Source: an uncultured Gemmatimonadales bacterium
GTDB taxonomy: Bacteria; Gemmatimonadota; Gemmatimonadetes; Longimicrobiales; Gaopeijiaceae
Assembly (NCBI GenBank): GCA_963809895.1
Contig: CAWELD010000003.1
Location: forward strand, 1,984,001 to 2,048,000
Reading direction: 5' to 3'
Length of the DNA stretch: 64,000 bases
Within the stretch, counting starts at the first letter, position 1. The number at the start of each line of letters is the position of its first letter. Positions 52,441 through 61,972 of the stretch are shown here, piece after piece. The notes beneath the pieces were generated by a model. The model was not told the DNA's origin. It did no database searches and saw only the letters and a program-made list of their open reading frames with translations. The translations under genes were made by a program, and so were the position numbers.

Positions 52441-52713
52441 GGAGGGGCGGGAGTGGGGGTGAATGGCTCGAATTCCATGGGAAGCAAGAACGGTTCCCAC
52501 GCGCTCCGGGCCCGGAATGTGGCAGAGGGCCGCGACATTCGGCGATATCCGCATTCGCCGGATCGAGCCGCCGCGCGGCCCCTGGCCACGAAGTCCGCAG
52601 GATCTGTGGCGTATCGCAACGGGGCCGGGCCGCCGCCCCCCTCGTGAAGCGCCGATGATGCGCTATCTTGAAGGGTCCGAGGACCCTCCCAAGCTTCGAG
52701 ACATGGACGTTTC

Positions 52714-53391
52714 ATGAGCCTGTCCAATCCATCCGCCGCGCGCGGTGTCATCCTCCTGACCGGCCTGTTTCTGGCCGGCTGTTCGGGGAATTCCAACGAT
52801 CAGTCCTCCTCCCAGGCCGCGGCGCTGCCCGAAGGCCATCCGCCCATCTCCGGTGCTGCACCGACAGCCGCGGCTCCCCAGGGACCCGCGGGTGTCGTGC
52901 TCGAGACCATGGACGGGGGTGGCTACACCTACGCGCGCCTGCAGCTGCCCGATCGTGAGATCTGGGTCGCGGGGCCGCTGACGAAGCTCGCCCAAGGCGA
53001 TTCGGTGGCGCTCACCGACGTCATGGGCATGGGCTCGTTCACCAGCAAGGCGCTGGACCGGACCTTCGACGACCTGTACTTCACCGGCGCCTACATGAGT
53101 CCCGGGGCCGGGGCCGCGACAGCCACCACCGACCCGAGCGCGGCCCCGCCCGCCGCCGGTCAGGGGACCGTGGTCGAGGCGATTCCCGCTGCCGGCTACA
53201 CCTATCTCCGGGTGAGCGCCGACGGGCAGGAGCGCTGGCTGGCCACCAACGCCATGGAGGTGGACGAGGGCGCCACCGTCTCGTGGGGCGGCGGCACGCT
53301 CATGCACGATTTCGCCAGCAAGTCGCTGGAGCGCACCTTCGACGAGATCCTGTTCGTCGGCACGGTGAAGATCCTGTCCGGGTCGGAGTGA
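52714..53391 (+). CDS. Lipoprotein with LPxGHPP motif and tandem NrfJ-like OB domains
   Basis: LAGC lipobox; duplicated G-x-V-x-E...GYTY...W(V/L)A...F(T/A)SK.L.RTFD. Confidence 0.65.
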   Translation: MSLSNPSAARGVILLTGLFLAGCSGNSNDQSSSQAAALPEGHPPISGAAPTAAAPQGPAGVVLETMDGGGYTYARLQLPDREIWVAGPLTKLAQGDSVALTDVMGMGSFTSKALDRTFDDLYFTGAYMSPGAGAATATTDPSAAPPAAGQGTVVEAIPAAGYTYLRVSADGQERWLATNAMEVDEGATVSWGGGTLMHDFASKSLERTFDEILFVGTVKILSGSE

Positions 53392-55127
53392 GCGGGAGCG
53401 GCAGTCCGTCCAGGTCGGCGGGCCGTGCCCGCACGGCGCTGGCTTTCGCCTTCGCCGCCGTCCTGCTCTTCGGGCGGTTGGGCGGACTCCCGCTCCTGAA
53501 TCCCGACGAGGGCCGCAACGCCGAGGTAGCCCGCGAGATGGCCGCGTCGGGCCGCTGGCTGATCCCCACGTACAACGGCCTGCCGTACATGGACAAGCCG
53601 GCCTTCTACTTCAAGGCCGTGGGACTGTCGTTCGCGGCCTTCGGCACCAGCGAAGGGACGGCGCGCCTGCCGTCGGCCGTCTTCGCCCTGGCGCTGCTCG
53701 TGCTCGTCTACGCGTTCGCCCGCCGCGAGTACGGGCGGCGGACGGCGGATCTCTCGGTGGCGGTGGTGGCCGCCATGCCCCTGTTCCTGGCGTTGGCGCG
53801 CATCGTCATCTTCGACATGACCCTGGCCTTCTTCGTGTCCGGGGCCATCCTGGCGGCGTATCGAGCCGAAGAGGAGGAGGGGTCCGCCCGCAGGCGATGG
53901 TACCTGCTGGGCGCCGCCTGCGCGGGATTCGCCACGCTGGTCAAAGGCCCGGTGGGCTTCATCGTCCCCACGCTGGTGGTGTTGGCCTTCGGCTTCGTGG
54001 ACGGACGCAAGGGCGTGGCCAAGCGGCTGTTCCACCCGTGGAACCTGCTGGTCTTCCTGGCGCTGGTCCTGCCGTGGTTCATCGGCGCCAGCCTGCAGCG
54101 GCCGGACTTTCCGTACTACGGTCTGGTCCGGGAGAGCCTGTCGCGCTTCACCACCCAGGAGTTCCACCGCACGGCGCCCTTCTACTACTACGGACCCGTG
54201 TTGCTGGGCGTGTGCTTCGCCTGGAGCCTCCTCTTTCCCGAAGCGGCGGTGGTGGCGTGGCGGCGGCGCTCGAGCTGGAGCCGAGCAGACCGACTCCTGG
54301 TGACCTGGGCGCTGGTGGTGGTGGCCTTCTTCTCCATCTCCCAGTCCAAGCTGCCCGGCTACGTCCTCACCGCCGTGGTGGCGCTGGGCGTGCTCACCGC
54401 GCGCCTCTTCGATCTGGCGCTGGCCGACCCCAGGGGGAGGGCCGCCCGGGTGGTACGGCACGGGGCGGTCGTGCTGGCCGTCATGAGCGTGGTGCTGGGG
54501 GGATGGCTGGCCATGGAGGTCTTCGCGCCCGGCGTGCTCACGGGGCTGTTCCACATCGACAGCAACGACTATGAGCGGGCCCGCGCGGTCTTTCCGCCGG
54601 TCCTCGCCACCATGGGCGCCATGGCCGTCGCCGCCATCGTGGGTCTGCGGGTGCGACGCGCGAGCTGGATCTTCGCGGCGTTTCTGGTCCTCCCGCTGTC
54701 GCTGGTCACCGTCTCGTTCGGCGGCCTGCGGGAGTACGCCCGCGACACCTCCTCCAGCGACCTGGCCGCGGCGGTGGCCTCGGTCCTGCCTTCCGCCGAC
54801 ACGCCGGTGGCTACCCTGGAGGCCTATCCCGGCGGGCTGGCCTTCTATCTCCGTCGCCCCCTGATCCTCATCACCGCCGACGGCCACGAGACCACCAGCA
54901 ACTACATCCCCTTCTACCTCTCGCAGCAGGAGCGCTGGCCCCCGCAGATGGTGCCGCTGGCCCAGCGTGACGCCTGGCTGGACGCCCGGCCGGGTCCGGT
55001 CCTGGTGCTGAGCCGGAAGGAGGGACGCGCCGCCCTGGACTCCCTGTCGGCGGTCCGCGGCGGTGTGGTGCGAGACATGCCCCACGGCTGGTGGGGTGTG
55101 CTGCTCCCGGGCGCGGGGGATTCCTGA
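53388..55127 (+). CDS. ArnT / GT83-GT39 family glycosyltransferase
   Basis: PDEGRNAEVAREM, DKP, ARLPSA, KGPVG, SKLPGY; GTGA overlap with the upstream gene. Confidence 0.88.
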   Translation: MSGSGSPSRSAGRARTALAFAFAAVLLFGRLGGLPLLNPDEGRNAEVAREMAASGRWLIPTYNGLPYMDKPAFYFKAVGLSFAAFGTSEGTARLPSAVFALALLVLVYAFARREYGRRTADLSVAVVAAMPLFLALARIVIFDMTLAFFVSGAILAAYRAEEEEGSARRRWYLLGAACAGFATLVKGPVGFIVPTLVVLAFGFVDGRKGVAKRLFHPWNLLVFLALVLPWFIGASLQRPDFPYYGLVRESLSRFTTQEFHRTAPFYYYGPVLLGVCFAWSLLFPEAAVVAWRRRSSWSRADRLLVTWALVVVAFFSISQSKLPGYVLTAVVALGVLTARLFDLALADPRGRAARVVRHGAVVLAVMSVVLGGWLAMEVFAPGVLTGLFHIDSNDYERARAVFPPVLATMGAMAVAAIVGLRVRRASWIFAAFLVLPLSLVTVSFGGLREYARDTSSSDLAAAVASVLPSADTPVATLEAYPGGLAFYLRRPLILITADGHETTSNYIPFYLSQQERWPPQMVPLAQRDAWLDARPGPVLVLSRKEGRAALDSLSAVRGGVVRDMPHGWWGVLLPGAGDS

Positions 55128-55128
55128 C

Positions 55129-56982
55129 ATGTGCGGAATCTGCGGGATGGTGCGCACCTCCGGCCCCGGCGACGACGGGACCATGGACCGGGTGCTGCGC
55201 ATGCGTGGACTGCTGGAGCACCGCGGCCCCGACGACCGGGGAGCCACCCGCGCGGGCAGCGCGGTCCTGGCGGCCACGCGGCTCGCCATCCGCGGACCGT
55301 CCGGCGAGCGGCAGCCCGTGACGGACCCGGACACCGGCGTCACCGTGGTGTGCAACGGGGAGATCGACAACCATCGCTCGCTGCGGGCGCGACTGTGGGC
55401 CGCCGGATACGAGGTGCCCGACGGGAGTGACGTCACCGTCCTCCCGGCCCTCTACCTGGAAGACGGGCCCGCCTTCGTCGAGGCGCTGGACGGACCGTTC
55501 GCGCTGGCCGTCTGGGATCCGCGGGACCGCACCCTGCTCCTGGCCCGCGACCGGGCCGGCGAGCGGCCCCTCTTCTATCTCGAGGGCGAAGGCTACGTCT
55601 CCTTCGCCACCGAGCTGTCGGCGCTGGCCACCGATCCCGAGACGCCCGCCGATCTCGACGTGGAGGCGCTGCGCCACTATCTGCGCTTCGGGCGCTTTCC
55701 GGCACCCCGGACCCCGCTCGCCAGGGTGCGCAAGGTCGCGCCGGGGTCGGTGGTGCGTTTCACCCCCGACGGCGTGATCCACCACCGCTATTGGCGCTGG
55801 CCCGTGAAAAGCGCCGCCAAGCGACCCGGCGACCTCGAAGCGTTCGACGAGGTCTTCCGCGGGGCCGTGGAGCGCCAGACCGACTGCGACGCGCGCTACG
55901 GTGTCTTCCTGAGCGGCGGCGTCGATTCGTCGCTGGTGGCCGCGGTGGCCCGCGATCTCCATCCCGAGCGCCCGCTTCCCGCCTACACGCTGCGCTTCCG
56001 CGAGGACTCCTACGACGAGGGCGCCGCCGCCGCCGAAGTCGCGAAGCTCCTGGGCCTGGAGAGCCACGAGGTCTGGATCGAGCCCACCGATTTTCCCGAC
56101 ACCATCCGCCAGCTCGTGCACATGGTGGGTGAGCCGCTGGCGGACCCGGCCTGGGTGCCCACCGCGCTGCTGGCGGCGGGCGCGGCCCGCGACGTGAAGA
56201 TGGTGCTGGTAGGCGAGGGCGGTGACGAGATCTTCGGCGGGTACCCCACGTACCTGGGCGCCGCCGTGGCGCGCGCCTATCAGCGGCTGCCGGCCCCGCT
56301 CCGGCGGGGCTTCGCGGCCCTGGTCGAGCGACGACCCCCCAGCGACCGCAAGGTGACGCTCACCTATCTGCTCAAGCGCTTCGTCGAAGGTGACGGCATG
56401 CCCCCGCTGGAGCGTCATCTGCTGTGGACCTCCACCGTGCCACCGCACATCCTGCGGCGCCTGGGCGTCTCCGAGCCGGTGGGGTCGCTGGAGGCGGACG
56501 ACGGAGCCGGTGAGCTCCTGGACGTGCTTCAGCGCCACGACCTGGAGACGTACCTGGCCGAGGGGCTCCTCACCAAGGCCGACCGTGCCTCCATGGGCTG
56601 GGCGCTGGAGCCCCGGGCGCCCTTCCTGGACCGGAGGGTGATGGAGCTCGCGGCGACCCTACCCGCCCGGGAGCGGGTGCGCGGCGTGCGCACCAAGGTC
56701 TTCCTCAAGGAGTACGCGCTGCGCTACCTGCCCCGGTCCATCGTGCACCGGCGCAAGCGCGGGCTGTCGGTGCCGCTGGCGGCGTGGCTCCGTGAGCCGC
56801 TGGAGCCCTGGGCCCGAGAGCACCTGGCCAGCGGCGTGCTGGAAGAGGTCGGCGTGCGTACGGCGGGAGCGCTGAAGCTGCTGGAAGATCACCTCCAACG
56901 CCGAGCCGACCATGCCCGGGCGCTGTGGACCCTGCTGGTCCTGGCCGAGTGGCTGCTCTGGCGTCGGGACGCCGTGCTGTGA
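55129..56982 (+). CDS. asnB: Asparagine synthase (glutamine-hydrolysing)-family amidotransferase
   Basis: MCGICG, HRGPD, NGEI, LSGGVDSS, GEGGDEIFGGY, RAPFLD. Confidence 0.88.
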   Translation: MCGICGMVRTSGPGDDGTMDRVLRMRGLLEHRGPDDRGATRAGSAVLAATRLAIRGPSGERQPVTDPDTGVTVVCNGEIDNHRSLRARLWAAGYEVPDGSDVTVLPALYLEDGPAFVEALDGPFALAVWDPRDRTLLLARDRAGERPLFYLEGEGYVSFATELSALATDPETPADLDVEALRHYLRFGRFPAPRTPLARVRKVAPGSVVRFTPDGVIHHRYWRWPVKSAAKRPGDLEAFDEVFRGAVERQTDCDARYGVFLSGGVDSSLVAAVARDLHPERPLPAYTLRFREDSYDEGAAAAEVAKLLGLESHEVWIEPTDFPDTIRQLVHMVGEPLADPAWVPTALLAAGAARDVKMVLVGEGGDEIFGGYPTYLGAAVARAYQRLPAPLRRGFAALVERRPPSDRKVTLTYLLKRFVEGDGMPPLERHLLWTSTVPPHILRRLGVSEPVGSLEADDGAGELLDVLQRHDLETYLAEGLLTKADRASMGWALEPRAPFLDRRVMELAATLPARERVRGVRTKVFLKEYALRYLPRSIVHRRKRGLSVPLAAWLREPLEPWAREHLASGVLEEVGVRTAGALKLLEDHLQRRADHARALWTLLVLAEWLLWRRDAVL

Positions 56983-57003
56983 CCGCAGCGCCGGCGTGGC
57001 GGC

Positions 57004-58233
57004 TCAGGTGCGCCGCACCCGCCAGGTGATCGCCAGCGCCACCAGCAGGAATCCCGCCGCAAGGAGAAAGGGGAGCCCCGGCAGGCCCAGGCCGCTCCAC
57101 TCATCGATGGCAAGAGCGAAGGTGCGGGTGAAGAGGAGCGGAGCGATGATGCCCGCGATCCCCATGAGGCTGGTGATCGCTCCCTGGAGGCGGCCCTGCT
57201 CCGTGTCGCCCACGCGCCCGGTCATGAGTCCCTGCAGATTGGGATAGGTGAGCCCGAAGAGCGCCGAGAACGGGATCCCCAGCGCGAAGAGTCGGCCCGT
57301 GGGGGCCAGCGCGAACACGACGAAGCCCAGCGCCCCGAAGGTCAGCCCGGCCCGGAGCGCCCGGTCCTCGCCGAAGCGGGCCGCCACCTTCCCCACCAAC
57401 CCCGCCTGAACGATCATGGCCGCCACCCCCACCGCCGCCAGCACGAGCCCCACCGTGCGCTCGGTCCACGCGTAGCGGAAATCGCCGTACAGCACGAAGA
57501 GCGAGGGCATGGACTCGTGGGCCATGCGGTACAGGAACGCCGCCGCCGCCAGCCCGAACAGCGACCGGTGTTCGCGCAGGAATCCCAACGAGCCCAACGG
57601 ATTGGCGCGCTTGAGGTCGAGAGGCGCGCGCCGTTCCGGCGGCAGGGACTCGGGAAGGATGAAGAAGCCGTAGGCCGTGCCCGCCAGGCTGAGCGCGCCC
57701 GCCACCCAGAAGGGCAGGCGCAGATCCACGCTCCCCAGCAGCCCGCCCACGGCGGGGCCCAGCACGAAGCCGACGCCGAAGGCCGCGCCCAGCATGCCGT
57801 AGAGCCCCGCGCGCTTTTCCTTGACCGCCACGTCGGCCACGTACGCGTACGCGGTGGCGTAGCTCGCCGAGGTGATCCCCGACAGCACGCGCCCGACGAA
57901 GAGCCATTCCAGCGTCGGAGCCGCGGCCATGATGAAGTAGTCCATGGCCAGGCCGAAGGTGGACAGCAGGATGACGGGACGCCGTCCGAAACGATCCGAG
58001 AGCGCGCCGATGAAGGGAGCGAACAGGAACTGCATGGTCGCCCACACGGCGGCGAAGACGCCGTAGTAGAGGGCGGCGTTGGCGGTGTCGCCACCCTCGA
58101 ACTCGATGATGAGCTTGGGAAGCACCGGGACGATGATGCCCAGCGCCAGCATGTCCAGGAGGACGGTGATGAAGATGAACGCGAAGGCGGCGCGGCTCGG
58201 GCCTCGCCCCGATTCCCCGGCGTCCGTGCTCAT
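57004..58233 (-). CDS. TCR/Tet family MFS transporter
   Basis: GIIVPVLP, GALSDRFGRRPV, GFVLGPAVGG, QGRLQG. Confidence 0.92.
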   Translation of the reverse strand: MSTDAGESGRGPSRAAFAFIFITVLLDMLALGIIVPVLPKLIIEFEGGDTANAALYYGVFAAVWATMQFLFAPFIGALSDRFGRRPVILLSTFGLAMDYFIMAAAPTLEWLFVGRVLSGITSASYATAYAYVADVAVKEKRAGLYGMLGAAFGVGFVLGPAVGGLLGSVDLRLPFWVAGALSLAGTAYGFFILPESLPPERRAPLDLKRANPLGSLGFLREHRSLFGLAAAAFLYRMAHESMPSLFVLYGDFRYAWTERTVGLVLAAVGVAAMIVQAGLVGKVAARFGEDRALRAGLTFGALGFVVFALAPTGRLFALGIPFSALFGLTYPNLQGLMTGRVGDTEQGRLQGAITSLMGIAGIIAPLLFTRTFALAIDEWSGLGLPGLPFLLAAGFLLVALAITWRVRRT

Positions 58234-58255
58234 GGGCGCATCGCTCCGCTTTCCC

Positions 58256-59602
58256 CTACCCGAACGGCATCCCCGGGAATCCCCCCTTCCCCGACATCCC
58301 GCCCCCCATCATGCCCTTCATCCCCTTCATGAACTTCTGCATCTCCACGAACTGCTTGAGCAGGCGATTCACCTCGGCCACCGGTCGTCCGCTGCCCTTG
58401 GCGATGCGCGCGCGGCGCGAGCCGTTGATGATCTTGGGATTCTGGCGCTCCGCCGGCGTCATGGAGAGGATGATCGCCTCCACGTGCTTCATGCGCTTGG
58501 GGTCCATCTGACCCACCGGCAGCTTCAGGCGTCCGGCGCCGGGGATCAGCTTGAGGAGTTGCTCCAGCGGCCCCATGCGCTGCACCTGGCGCATGGCGGT
58601 GAGGAAGTCCTCGAGCGTGAAGCGGCCCTTGCCCAGCACCTTCTCCTGGAGGCGCTCCTGCTCCTCCATGTCCATGGTGCGCTGGGCCCGCTCCACGAGC
58701 CCCACCACGTCGCCCATCTGGAGGATGCGGCCCGCCAGACGCTCGGGATCGGCGGTGTCCAGATCGTCGACCCCTTCACCCACGCCCACGAACTTGATGG
58801 GCTTGCCCGTGACGCCCCGGATGGAGAGCGCGGCGCCGCCCCGGGCGTCGCCGTCCATCTTGGTGAGGATGACCCCGGTGAGCTCCAGCGCCTCGTCGAA
58901 GCCCTGGGCGATGCGCACCGCCTCCTGCCCGGTCATGGCGTCGGCCACCAGGAGGATCTCCTGGGGATTCACGTCCGCCTTGATGCGGCGGAGCTCGTCC
59001 ATGAGGGTCTCGTCGATCTGGAGGCGGCCGGCGGTGTCCAGGATGAGGACGCTACGGCCCTGGGCCCGGGCTGCCTCCACCGCCTCGTGGGCGGTAGTCA
59101 CCGGATCGCCACCGAAGGTGCCGGCGTGCACCGGCACGCCCACCTGCTCGCCCAGGGTCTGGAGCTGCTCGATGGCCGCCGGACGCTGCAGGTCGCAGGC
59201 CGCCAGCATGGGTGTGCGGCTCTCCCGCAGGAAGCGCTTCGCCAGCTTGGCCGTGGTGGTGGTCTTTCCCGACCCCTGCAGGCCCACCACCATGAGGACC
59301 GTGGGGGGCGACGACGTCCAGGCCAGGGTCGGGCGCCCCTCGCCCAGCAGCGAGGCCAGCTCGTCGTGAACGATCTTGACGATCTGCTGGCCCGGCGACA
59401 CGGACTTGACCACGTCCTCGCCCAGCGCCCGCTCCTGCACGCGCGACAGGAACTCGCGCGTCACCTGGAAGTTGACGTCCGCCTCGAGAAGCACGCGCCG
59501 TACCTCGCGCAGACCCTCGCGGATCATGGGCTCGGTGAGCACGCCTCGCTGGCGAAACTTGGAAAGGACGCCGTCCAGCTTGTTGCTGAGTTCCTCGAAC
59601 AT
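58256..59602 (-). CDS. ffh: Signal recognition particle protein
   Basis: GLQGSGKTT, DTAGR, TKMDGDARGG, Met-rich M domain. Confidence 0.98.
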   Translation of the reverse strand: MFEELSNKLDGVLSKFRQRGVLTEPMIREGLREVRRVLLEADVNFQVTREFLSRVQERALGEDVVKSVSPGQQIVKIVHDELASLLGEGRPTLAWTSSPPTVLMVVGLQGSGKTTTTAKLAKRFLRESRTPMLAACDLQRPAAIEQLQTLGEQVGVPVHAGTFGGDPVTTAHEAVEAARAQGRSVLILDTAGRLQIDETLMDELRRIKADVNPQEILLVADAMTGQEAVRIAQGFDEALELTGVILTKMDGDARGGAALSIRGVTGKPIKFVGVGEGVDDLDTADPERLAGRILQMGDVVGLVERAQRTMDMEEQERLQEKVLGKGRFTLEDFLTAMRQVQRMGPLEQLLKLIPGAGRLKLPVGQMDPKRMKHVEAIILSMTPAERQNPKIINGSRRARIAKGSGRPVAEVNRLLKQFVEMQKFMKGMKGMMGGGMSGKGGFPGMPFG

Positions 59603-59620
59603 GGCCTCGCCCAACCCCCC

Positions 59621-60910
59621 TCAGGAAACCTCGATGATCTGACTGCGGCGCGTGCCTACCGACACCCAACGGATGGGTGTGCCCGTGAGCTCCTGCACGC
59701 GGTCCAGGTAGGCCCGGGCGTTGCGCGGGAGATCCGCCAGCGTACGGCAGTCGTGGATGCCTTCCTGCCAGCCCGGCATCATCTCGAGCACCGGCGTGAC
59801 CTCGCCCAGCGCCGAGGTGTCCGCCGGGAACTCCCCGGTCCGCCCCACACGGGGAATGTCGTAGTGGGTGGCGATCCCGATCTCGGAGAGCGTGTCCAGG
59901 ACGTCCAGCTTGGTGACCGCCAGCCCCGTGAGCCCGTTCACCCGGGCGGCGTAGCGAGCCAGCACGGCATCGAACCAGCCGCAGCGTCGGGGACGCCCGG
60001 TGGTGGCGCCGAACTCGCCGCCCAGCTCCCGCATGTGGGCGTCCATCTCCGGCTCGAATCCGGTGGGGAGCGGGCCGTTGCCCACGCGGGTCGTGTAGGC
60101 TTTCACCACTCCCACCACGTCGTCGATGCGCGTGGGCCCGATGCCCACCCCGATGGCGGCACCCGCCGCCGTGGTATTGGACGAGGTGACGAAGGGATAG
60201 GTTCCGTGGTCCAGGTCCAGCGCCGTGCCCTGGGCCCCTTCCAGCAGGACCCGCTCGCCGGCGTCCAGAGCCCGCACCACCTCGGCCCCCGTGTCGGTGG
60301 CCAGCGCCGCCAGCCGCTCCCGCAGGCCCAGGGTGTGGTCCACCGCGGCCTCGAGCTCCGCCGCCCCGTCGGCACCCATGCTCTCGAGACGGCCCAACGC
60401 ACGCGCCGTGCCCTCCCGCACCAGGCGCTCCAGGCGCGTGCCGTCGGCCAGGTCCGCCACCCGGATGCCCCGGCGGCCGGCCTTGTCTTCGTAGGCCGGC
60501 CCGATGCCGCGCCCCGTGGTGCCGATCTTCTCGCTGGCCCGGTCCTCGGAGGCTCGGTCCAGGACCCGGTGGTACGGCAGCAGGAGGTGCGCCCGCTGAC
60601 TGACCCCCACGCGGCCCTCGAGATCGATGTCCCGGGCCGCCAGGGCGTCGTATTCCTCGAAGAACTGGATGACGTCCAGCACGACGCCGTTGCCCAGCAG
60701 GCAGCGGGTGCCCGGATGCAGGATCCCCGAAGGAATCTGATGGAGGATGAACTCGTCCTCCCCCACGTGCACGGTGTGCCCAGCGTTGGCGCCCCCCTGG
60801 TAGCGGGCCACGACATCGGCCGACTCGGAGAGGACGTCGACGATCTTGCCCTTGCCTTCGTCGCCCCACTGACAACCGACGACGACGGTGCACTGTCCGG
60901 ATCCGGCCAT
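59621..60910 (-). CDS. purA: Adenylosuccinate synthetase
   Basis: QWGDEGKGK, GGANAGHT, EGAQG, GATTGRPRRCGW. Confidence 0.98.
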   Translation of the reverse strand: MAGSGQCTVVVGCQWGDEGKGKIVDVLSESADVVARYQGGANAGHTVHVGEDEFILHQIPSGILHPGTRCLLGNGVVLDVIQFFEEYDALAARDIDLEGRVGVSQRAHLLLPYHRVLDRASEDRASEKIGTTGRGIGPAYEDKAGRRGIRVADLADGTRLERLVREGTARALGRLESMGADGAAELEAAVDHTLGLRERLAALATDTGAEVVRALDAGERVLLEGAQGTALDLDHGTYPFVTSSNTTAAGAAIGVGIGPTRIDDVVGVVKAYTTRVGNGPLPTGFEPEMDAHMRELGGEFGATTGRPRRCGWFDAVLARYAARVNGLTGLAVTKLDVLDTLSEIGIATHYDIPRVGRTGEFPADTSALGEVTPVLEMMPGWQEGIHDCRTLADLPRNARAYLDRVQELTGTPIRWVSVGTRRSQIIEVS

Positions 60911-60982
60911 GCGCGTTTCTCGGGACTCGCGGGAATGTACGGCTGGTTTCGGTGGCGCTGGAACGCGGGGTGGGCGGACATG

Positions 60983-61012
60983 AAAAGAGCCCGTCCCGAG
61001 GGGAAGGGCTCT
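60983..61012 (-). terminator. Intrinsic terminator-like hairpin in the purA leader
   Basis: AGAGCCCUUCCC-CUC-GGGACGGGCUCU followed by UUU. Confidence 0.7.
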
Positions 61013-61035
61013 CCGTCCGCTGAATCCTTTGGGGG

Positions 61036-61064
61036 AAGCTAGGCGGACCTCGGGAGGGTGTCAA
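61036..61064 (-). promoter_or_regulatory. Near-consensus sigma70 promoter upstream of purA
   Basis: TTGACA-N17-TAGCTT; -35 overlaps the dapA-like stop codon. Confidence 0.7.
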
Positions 61065-61972
61065 TCAGAGGTGAGGCCCGCCGAAGCCAGAATCCCGCGC
61101 ACCACTTCGCGCCGGGCCTCGGGCAGCGGCCGCAGCGGCGGACGGGGATAGCCCCCGCGCAGCCCCAGCCGATCCAGGGCGTGCTTCACTCCGGGAACGC
61201 CCATGCCTCCGATGATGTCGGTGTGCAACGGCGCCACCCACTCCTGCAGGCGTCCGGCCTCCACGCCCCGCCCCTGCCCCACCGCCTCCACGATGGCCGC
61301 GCACTCGCCCGGCACCAGGTTCGCGACACCGAGGATGCCACCCACGGCACCGGCCTCCAACGAGGCGTACAGGAGCGCACCGTTGCCGACCAGCACCTGG
61401 AAGTCGCTGTCGCGGGTCGCGTCGACCAGCTCGCCCACGAGCTCCAGCTTGCCACGCGAATCCTTGATGGCGATCACGTTGTCATGCCGGGCCAGCTCGG
61501 CCACCACGCCGGTGGGAAAGTCCAGCGTGCTCAGTCGCAGAGGCACCTGGTAGAGCACGACCGGAACCGGCGAGCCGTCGGCGACGGCCGTGTAGTGGGC
61601 CACCAGCGCCTCGGGCGTCATGGCGCCCTTGTAGAAGGCCGGCGGCTGCACGAGCACCGCATCGGCGCCGGCGTCGGCCGCGCTCCGACACATGCGCAGC
61701 GTGGCCCGGAGCGACTCGGCCCCGGTCCCGGCGATCAGCAGGTGGTCGTCACCGATCGTCTCCCGCGCCGCCGACCAGAGCAGGCGGCGCTCGTCTTCGT
61801 CCAGGAGGACGGCCTCGCCGGTGGATCCCCCCACCACGACGCCACGCACCGGGTGCTTCAGCCAGGCCCTGAGGTCGTAGCCGAACGCGTCCAGGTCGAT
61901 CTCGCCGGACGCGTCGTCGAAGGGGGTGACGGTGGGAATGTGTACGCCGGAGAGATCCAGAGTTGGGCTCAT
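61061..61972 (-). CDS. Dihydrodipicolinate synthase family aldolase
   Basis: VTPF, GSTGE, IAGTG, LYQVP, IKDS; ATGA overlap with the pilT-like gene. Confidence 0.88.
   Translation of the reverse strand: MSPTLDLSGVHIPTVTPFDDASGEIDLDAFGYDLRAWLKHPVRGVVVGGSTGEAVLLDEDERRLLWSAARETIGDDHLLIAGTGAESLRATLRMCRSAADAGADAVLVQPPAFYKGAMTPEALVAHYTAVADGSPVPVVLYQVPLRLSTLDFPTGVVAELARHDNVIAIKDSRGKLELVGELVDATRDSDFQVLVGNGALLYASLEAGAVGGILGVANLVPGECAAIVEAVGQGRGVEAGRLQEWVAPLHTDIIGGMGVPGVKHALDRLGLRGGYPRPPLRPLPEARREVVRGILASAGLTSD

Noticed and set aside
57004..58233. Acquired tetracycline resistance gene
   Set aside because: Generic TCR/Tet-family MFS with host-like composition, no tetR or mobile context; substrate cannot be assigned
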